Source: Thermoanaerobaculia bacterium | GTDB lineage: Bacteria > Acidobacteriota > Thermoanaerobaculia > Multivoradales > Multivoraceae | DNA length: 64,000 nucleotides | Assembly: GCA_022826745.1 (NCBI GenBank) | Contig: JAJDUI010000026.1 | Coordinates: 22,458-86,457, forward strand | Reading direction: 5' to 3' | In this document: positions 58,734 to 64,000 of the stretch, piece by piece | Layout of the letters: each line of letters begins with the position of its first letter | Position numbering within the stretch: position 1 is the stretch's first letter | Notes under the pieces: generated by a model | What the model saw: only the letters and a program-made list of their open reading frames with translations | Databases searched by the model: none | Told to the model about the DNA's origin: nothing | Translations under genes and position numbers: made by a program

Positions 58734-58759
58734 CTATCGACTGACCGCCGGACCGGCAG

Positions 58760-59716
58760 CTACGGACCGCTCGCCTTCAGGAAGCTGAAGTAGTCGCTGT
58801 CGGTCGACACGACCAGCCAGGTGTTCGGGTCGATCGTCTTCTCGAAGGCCTCCATCGTGCGCAGGAACTCGTAGAAGTTCCTCGACTGGACCGACTGGTT
58901 GTAGGCCGAGGCGTAGATCTCGGTGGCCTCCGCGTCGGCCCGGCCCCGAATCTCGGTCGCCTGACGGTAGGCCTCCGACTCGATCCGCTTCAGGTCGCGG
59001 TCCATGTTGCCGAGAATCTCCGAGGCCTGACCCTGGCCCTGGGAGCGGAACCGGTCGGCAATCCGCTGCCGTTCCGAGATCATCCGGTTGAAGACGTCCG
59101 GCTCGACCTGCTGGCCGTAGTTGATGCGCCGGAACTGCACGTCCAGCACCTCGATGCCGAGATCCGCAGTCCGGTCCTGGGCCGCGGCCAGGATGTCCTG
59201 GCGGATCTTGTCGCGGCCGGTGACGATCTCTTCGAGGCCGCCGCCCCCGTCCTCGTCGAGGCCGCCGCCCGCGTCCGGGTACGACTCGTCCGCCGCGGCC
59301 TCGCGGTTCGAACTGCGGATCACCTCGATCAGATCGTGGTTGGCGATCGCGTTCCGGGTCTCGCCGTCCAGGATGTCGTCGAGCCGCGACTGCGCGCCCA
59401 GCTCGTCGCGCAGGCGCTGGAAGAACAGCAGGGGGTCGGAGATCCGCCACCGGGCGTAGGTGTCGACGAAGATGAACACCTTGTCGCGCGTCGGCAGTTC
59501 CTCGGCGGAGCCCTGCCATTCCAGGAAGCGGCGGTCGAAGTAGTGGGCCTTCTGGATGAAGGGCAGCTTGAACTTCAGCCCGGGAGTATCGATCGCGTCG
59601 CCGACCGGAGCGCCGAACTGCGTGATGATCGCCTGGCGATCCTCGGGAACGATGAACAGCGCGTTGCTCGCGACGAGCAACAGCACCAGGACCAGCAGGA
59701 TGGTCAGGACCTTCAC
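58760..59716 (-). CDS. hflC: protease modulator HflC (SPFH/band-7)
   Basis: N-terminal TM, SPFH domain, and a coiled-coil C-terminus. ATGA-coupled to hflK. Confidence 0.85.
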   Translation of the reverse strand: MKVLTILLVLVLLLVASNALFIVPEDRQAIITQFGAPVGDAIDTPGLKFKLPFIQKAHYFDRRFLEWQGSAEELPTRDKVFIFVDTYARWRISDPLLFFQRLRDELGAQSRLDDILDGETRNAIANHDLIEVIRSSNREAAADESYPDAGGGLDEDGGGGLEEIVTGRDKIRQDILAAAQDRTADLGIEVLDVQFRRINYGQQVEPDVFNRMISERQRIADRFRSQGQGQASEILGNMDRDLKRIESEAYRQATEIRGRADAEATEIYASAYNQSVQSRNFYEFLRTMEAFEKTIDPNTWLVVSTDSDYFSFLKASGP

Positions 59717-60756
59717 GGCGTTCCCTCCCCGGCCTGCTGGGCCGCGACCTGCCGCGACGTCCTCGCGGCACTGACTCCCTCGAAGCTCATGATCGGCGTC
59801 AGACCGTCGACGTCCTCGTCGACGACGATCTTCCGGCCCACCTTCGGCAGCACTCGCTCCATCGTCTCGATGAACAGCCGCTTGCGCGTCACCTCCGGCG
59901 CCTGGCGGAACTCCTCGTAGAGGGCGTTGAAACGGGTCGCGTCGCCCTGGGCCCGGTTCACCCGGTCGAGCGCGTAACCCTCAGCCTGCTGGATCGTCTG
60001 CAGCGCCTGACCCTCGGCTCGGGGAATGACCCGGTTGTATTCAGCCTCGGCTTCGTTCACCAGCCGCTCGAGCTCCTGCTCGGCCTGGTTGACCGCGTTG
60101 AAGGACGGCTTGACCGGCTCGGGCGGGTTGTTGCTCTGGAGCACCACCTGGTCGATGGCGATCCCGGTCTCGTACTGGTTGCACAACTCCTGCAGCTCGA
60201 CCTTCACCGCGCCCTCGATCTCGGCCCGGCCGACGGTCAGCACTTCGTTCACCGTGCGGTCCCCGACCACCTTGCGCATCACCGCCTCGCTCATGTCGCG
60301 GAAGGTCGCGTCCAGGTTGCGAACCCGGTACAGGTACTGGTACGGGTCGACGACCCGGTACTGGACCACCCACTCGACGACCGCGGCGTTCAGGTCGCCG
60401 GTCAGCATGTTCGCCTCGTCCGGGTTGGACACGAAGGAGCTGCGCACCCCCACGTTCTCGCTGCTGAAACCGAACTCCTCTTTCAACTGGCGCCTGACCG
60501 GCACCTTCTCCAGTCGATCGATCAGCGGGATCTTGAAACGCAGGCCAGGCTCGGTCGTGCCGGCGTACTTGCCGAGACGGAGGATGACGCCCACCTCCTC
60601 GGGCTGCACCGTGTACACGCTGGACAGGGCCAGGAGGCCGGCCACGACCACCACGGCGATGATCTTCAGACCGCCCAGACGCTCGCGCAGCGCCTTGGTC
60701 ACATTGCCGAGATCGAGGGGGCTGTCGGCACCGGGAAAGTTGTCAGACATAGCCAA
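59713..60756 (-). CDS. hflK: protease modulator HflK (SPFH/band-7)
   Basis: TM anchor plus SPFH domain (YTVQPEEVGVILRLGKY...), paired with hflC. Confidence 0.85.
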   Translation of the reverse strand: MAMSDNFPGADSPLDLGNVTKALRERLGGLKIIAVVVVAGLLALSSVYTVQPEEVGVILRLGKYAGTTEPGLRFKIPLIDRLEKVPVRRQLKEEFGFSSENVGVRSSFVSNPDEANMLTGDLNAAVVEWVVQYRVVDPYQYLYRVRNLDATFRDMSEAVMRKVVGDRTVNEVLTVGRAEIEGAVKVELQELCNQYETGIAIDQVVLQSNNPPEPVKPSFNAVNQAEQELERLVNEAEAEYNRVIPRAEGQALQTIQQAEGYALDRVNRAQGDATRFNALYEEFRQAPEVTRKRLFIETMERVLPKVGRKIVVDEDVDGLTPIMSFEGVSAARTSRQVAAQQAGEGTP

Positions 60757-60813
60757 ACAGGCTATGCCATCGGCCCCCGGAAGACAACCGGCGGAGCGGT
60801 AGTCTCACCGCCT

Positions 60814-63258
60814 ATGCCGCCGCGTTTCGACGACGACGGGAGGACGCTCCGGCTGTCCGTGGCGGACCTGCTCGAACACAGCGCCGCGAGACACCTGGGC
60901 TTCGCCAACCGGGGCGGCTTCGAGCGCCTCTGGGTGGGTCAGGCGATCCACAGCCGTTACCAGGAGCAGGCGATGGAGCGTGAGCCGAGCTACCGGCGCG
61001 AGGTCGAGCTCTCGTTCGAGTTCGAGCACCGGGGCTGGAAGGCGACCCTGACAGGCCGGGCGGACGGGCTCTACCGGGACGCGGACGGCCGTCTGGCGAT
61101 CGAGGAGATCAAGTCCGTGCGGCCCAACACGGAGCCCTCGCCGGCGTTGCTCGCCACCTACCGCCGGCAGGCCGCGATCTACGCCTGGATCGTCCACCGT
61201 TCGGGTGTCGCCGCCGCGCTGCCGGTGCGCGCCGAACTCGTTCTGATCGAGATCGGCACCGCCGAAATCGACCGCCTCGACGTGGAACTCGACTTCGAGG
61301 AGCTCGACTCCGACATCCGGCAGCGACTCAACCGGCTCGTCCGCGAGTACGAGTCGGAGAGAACCGAGCGCCAGCGCCGCGAGCTGGCCGCCGAACGCCT
61401 GGAGTTCCCCTTCCACCAGCCCCGGCCGGGCCAGCAGGAGATCATTGACCGCTCGGGCCTCGCCGTCGAGCAGCGCGAGCACCTGCTGGTCCAGGCGCCG
61501 ACCGGGCTCGGCAAGACCGCCGCCGTCCTCTTCCCCGTGCTCCGCGAGGCGCTGGCGAATGACCTGCGGGTGTTCGTGCTCACGGCGAAGAACACGCAGC
61601 AGGCGATGGCCAACCGGGTCATCGACCTGCTGAACCGGGAGCGCGCCTTCCACGCCCTGCACCTCCGCGCCAAGGCACGGATGTGCGCGAACGACGAGAT
61701 CATCTGCCACGAGGACTACTGCCAGTACGCCCGCGACTACTACGTCAAGCTGCAGCGGAGCCGGGTCATCCCCCGGCTGCTCGACGGGCACGGCCTGCTG
61801 GAGCCGGACACGATCTTCGACGTATCGAAGGGGGTTCGGGCCTGCCCGTTCGAGATCAGCCTCGAACTCGGCCGGCGGGTGCAGGTCGTGGTCGGCGACT
61901 ACAACTACGCCCTCGACCCCTTCGTCAAGCTGACCGAGTTTCAGGGCGACGCCGACCTCTCCGGCACCGTCCTCATCGTCGACGAGATCCACAACCTGAT
62001 CGACCGCGGCCGCGGCTACTACAGCCCGGAGCTCTCGGCGGCGAGCTGCCGGGCGGCCCGGGCGGGTCTGCGACGGGCCGGCCGCGGCACGGAGGGAGGA
62101 CCGACGGAGCGCCTGCGGGAACTCTGCGCCGCCCTGGAAGAACTGATCCAGGGCGAGGTCGACTTGGCAGTAGACGCGCCCGACCGCAACGCCGTGGCCG
62201 AGGGCGCCGCGCCCGAAGAACAGCTCTGGCGCCTGCGGGCCGCCTTCGACCGGGGCTTCGTGGACTACCTGGAGTTTCGCCGCGACACCCGCTCCTTCGC
62301 CGCCAACGACGCCTTCGTCGAGCTCTACTTCGAGCTGCTGCGGTTCCTGAACACACTCCAGCTCGCCTCGCAGCCGAAGCACGCGGAGTCCTTCAGCTTC
62401 CTGTTCCGGCGGATCGACCGGGCGCCCAGCCTGGCCATCCTGTGCAAGGACGCGAGCTCCTTCCTGGGAGCCACGATCAACCGCTGCCGCTCGACGATCG
62501 GCCTGTCCGCGACCCTGCAGCCGTTCGCGTTCTACCGCGACCTGCTCGGCCTCGACCCGGACCGCACCTCGACCCTGGAGGTGCCGAGCGCGTTCCCGGC
62601 CGGGAACCGGCGGGTCGTCGTCGACACCTCGGTCACGACGACGTACCGGACCCGCGACGACAACTACGGTCCGATCGCCGAGCGGCTGGCCGAGTTCGCC
62701 CGGTCCGTGCCGGGGAACTCGATGGCGATCTTCCCCAGCTACCGGTTTCTCGCCGAGGTCCAGGAGCGGCTGCCCGACTGCGGCCGCAACGTGGTCGTCC
62801 AGCAGCAGACGACCAGCGAGGCGCGGCGCCAGGAAGTGCTCGACACGCTGACCAGTCCGCTCGCCGGCGACACCCTGCTCCTGGCGGTGGCGGGCGGCGT
62901 GTTCTCGGAGGGCGTCGACTACCCGGGCGACGCGCTGCTCGCCGTGGCCGTGGTCGGCCCCTGCCTGCCCGCGGTGACGATGGAGCAGAAGCTGCTGCAG
63001 GCCTACTACGACGAGCGCTTCGAGCGCGGCTTCGAGTACGCCTTCGTTGTCCCCGGGATGACCCGCGTTGTCCAGGCCGCCGGCCGGCTGATCCGCTCCG
63101 CCGAAGACCGCGGCGTGATCGCCCTGTTCGACCGCCGGTTCCTGCAGCGCCCGTACCGGCGCCACCTTCCGGCCGAGTGGTGGCCCGACCCGGTCGACGA
63201 TGAGGAAGTCGACCTCGCCGGCCATCCGGCCACCACCGCCTCCGCCTTCTTCTCATGA
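60814..63258 (+). CDS. RecB-like PD-(D/E)xK nuclease domain fused to XPD/DinG-family Fe-S DNA helicase
   Basis: N-terminal ~180 aa carries GRADGLY...IEEIKS (D...ExK) and RRQAAIYAWI (Q-h-x-x-Y), consistent with the RecB nuclease family. Then helicase motif I QAPTGLGKT, a 4-Cys Fe-S insertion (CANDEIICHEDYCQY..RACPFE), DEAH-like box VDEIHNL, and Helicase_C_2 (VAGGVFSEGVDYPGD..., QAAGRLIRS). Confidence 0.8.
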   Translation: MPPRFDDDGRTLRLSVADLLEHSAARHLGFANRGGFERLWVGQAIHSRYQEQAMEREPSYRREVELSFEFEHRGWKATLTGRADGLYRDADGRLAIEEIKSVRPNTEPSPALLATYRRQAAIYAWIVHRSGVAAALPVRAELVLIEIGTAEIDRLDVELDFEELDSDIRQRLNRLVREYESERTERQRRELAAERLEFPFHQPRPGQQEIIDRSGLAVEQREHLLVQAPTGLGKTAAVLFPVLREALANDLRVFVLTAKNTQQAMANRVIDLLNRERAFHALHLRAKARMCANDEIICHEDYCQYARDYYVKLQRSRVIPRLLDGHGLLEPDTIFDVSKGVRACPFEISLELGRRVQVVVGDYNYALDPFVKLTEFQGDADLSGTVLIVDEIHNLIDRGRGYYSPELSAASCRAARAGLRRAGRGTEGGPTERLRELCAALEELIQGEVDLAVDAPDRNAVAEGAAPEEQLWRLRAAFDRGFVDYLEFRRDTRSFAANDAFVELYFELLRFLNTLQLASQPKHAESFSFLFRRIDRAPSLAILCKDASSFLGATINRCRSTIGLSATLQPFAFYRDLLGLDPDRTSTLEVPSAFPAGNRRVVVDTSVTTTYRTRDDNYGPIAERLAEFARSVPGNSMAIFPSYRFLAEVQERLPDCGRNVVVQQQTTSEARRQEVLDTLTSPLAGDTLLLAVAGGVFSEGVDYPGDALLAVAVVGPCLPAVTMEQKLLQAYYDERFERGFEYAFVVPGMTRVVQAAGRLIRSAEDRGVIALFDRRFLQRPYRRHLPAEWWPDPVDDEEVDLAGHPATTASAFFS

Positions 63259-64000
63259 CCCCGCTCCTCCGCGGGATCGAACGCTTCATCCTCGGGGCCG
63301 ACGGCGACTTCGACGAACTCGCCGCGGCCGCCGCCCGCTTCGGCTACGAGCGGGTCGAGCCGTACCGGCGTCTCTGCGACCGGCGAAGCATCACGCCGGA
63401 GGCGCTCGACGACTGGCGCGCCGCTCCGGCCGTCCCCACCTCCGCCTTCAAGTCGTTGCGGCTCGCCGCCGCCAAACCCCGCGAGATCTTCAGAAGCAGC
63501 GGCACCACCCGCGGCACGGAACGGCGGAGCGTCCACTACCACCCCTACCCTGATCTCTACCGGACGGTGATCGACGCCACCTTCCCCGCCGCCTGCCTGC
63601 CGGCGCGCAGCCTCGACCGCGGCGACCGCGGCAGGGCAGACGACGGCAGCGGAGAGAGCGGCGGCGAAGTGGGCCGCGGGCGACTGCCCATTCTCTCGCT
63701 CATCCCCGATCGCGCCGCGGCGCCGGACTCGAGCCTGTCGTTCATGGCGGCCCACGTCTTCAGCCGCCACGCCGCGACCAGCAGTGCCTGGGCAGCTTCG
63801 GACAGCGGCATCGACCTCGCCCTCGCCTGCCGCTGGCTGCGCGCGCGGGCCGAAGGCGAAGCCGTCCTCGTCCTCTCCACCGCCCTGGCCCTCGTCCTGC
63901 TGCTCGACCGTCTCGAAGGCGAATCGGGAAGCGCCACTCACCTTCCCGCCGGCAGCCGCGTCTTCGAGACCGGCGGCTTCAAGGGTCGCACCCTGGAGAC
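63255..64000 (+). CDS. LuxE-like acyl-protein synthetase / adenylate-forming enzyme (partial, continues beyond window)
   Basis: Manual translation: MTPLLRGIERFILGADGDFDELAAAAARFGYERVEPYRRLCD...FKSLRLAAAKPREIFRSSGTTRGTERRSVHYHPYPDLYR. The F.SSGTT...S.H.H...LY block resembles the LuxE/F390-synthetase family. ATG overlaps the helicase TGA (ATGA). Not in the track because it has no in-window stop. Confidence 0.55.
   Translation, partial: MTPLLRGIERFILGADGDFDELAAAAARFGYERVEPYRRLCDRRSITPEALDDWRAAPAVPTSAFKSLRLAAAKPREIFRSSGTTRGTERRSVHYHPYPDLYRTVIDATFPAACLPARSLDRGDRGRADDGSGESGGEVGRGRLPILSLIPDRAAAPDSSLSFMAAHVFSRHAATSSAWAASDSGIDLALACRWLRARAEGEAVLVLSTALALVLLLDRLEGESGSATHLPAGSRVFETGGFKGRTLE

Overview
This is a high-GC (~70%) chromosomal segment from a diderm bacterium (Mla, Lol and LpxH genes present). 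It is densely packed, and most genes lie on the minus strand. Almost all are housekeeping genes.

- **Gene content.** ffh, an MMPL transporter, pgsA, alaS, recX, rsmE, dnaJ-grpE-hrcA, nrdR, lon, thiL, aroA, lpxH, mrp, plsC, mlaEFD-yggX, folE, queD, rlmD, a TlpA-like thioredoxin, B12-dependent nrdJ, a methylmalonyl-CoA mutase catalytic domain, carB, lolE, carA, methylmalonyl-CoA epimerase, meaB, a SpoIID/SPOR protein, a DnaC-like loader, hspR, dnaK, mazG, an S41 peptidase, an RsbW/STAS partner-switching pair, dcd, glpX, an acyl-CoA dehydrogenase, a CPBP protease, nupC and hflKC.
- **Start/stop overlaps.** Many adjacent genes are coupled by 4-nt ATGA or GTGA overlaps.
- **Features the ORF track does not explain.**
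  1. A SelW-like selenoprotein gene (29457-29684) is interrupted by an in-frame TGA, with a SECIS-like hairpin 13 nt downstream. No ORF is called there.
  2. A protein built from three tandem MerR-type HTH modules, each followed by an AT-hook-like K/A/R-rich linker. It is encoded by ~264-bp intragenic repeats and sits beside a sigma-54 activator with a ~700-aa TPR-like N-terminus. A weak sigma-54-like promoter lies between the two genes.
  3. A fusion of an N-terminal RecB-like PD-(D/E)xK nuclease to an XPD/DinG Fe-S helicase, start/stop-coupled to a LuxE-like adenylate-forming enzyme.
  4. A small GC3-rich Cys-rich gene with an (HD)n tail downstream of the TlpA-like gene, overlapping the N-terminus of the called rlmD ORF.
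  5. A perfect 30-bp inverted-repeat pair flanking 108 bp.
  6. A 39-bp REP-like element in two copies, one followed by a 12-mer tandem array.
  7. Putative tandem NrdR boxes upstream of nrdJ.
  8. A lower-GC segment at the 5' edge carrying small overlapping hypothetical genes.

No CRISPR array, rRNA, tRNA or obvious transposase was found.
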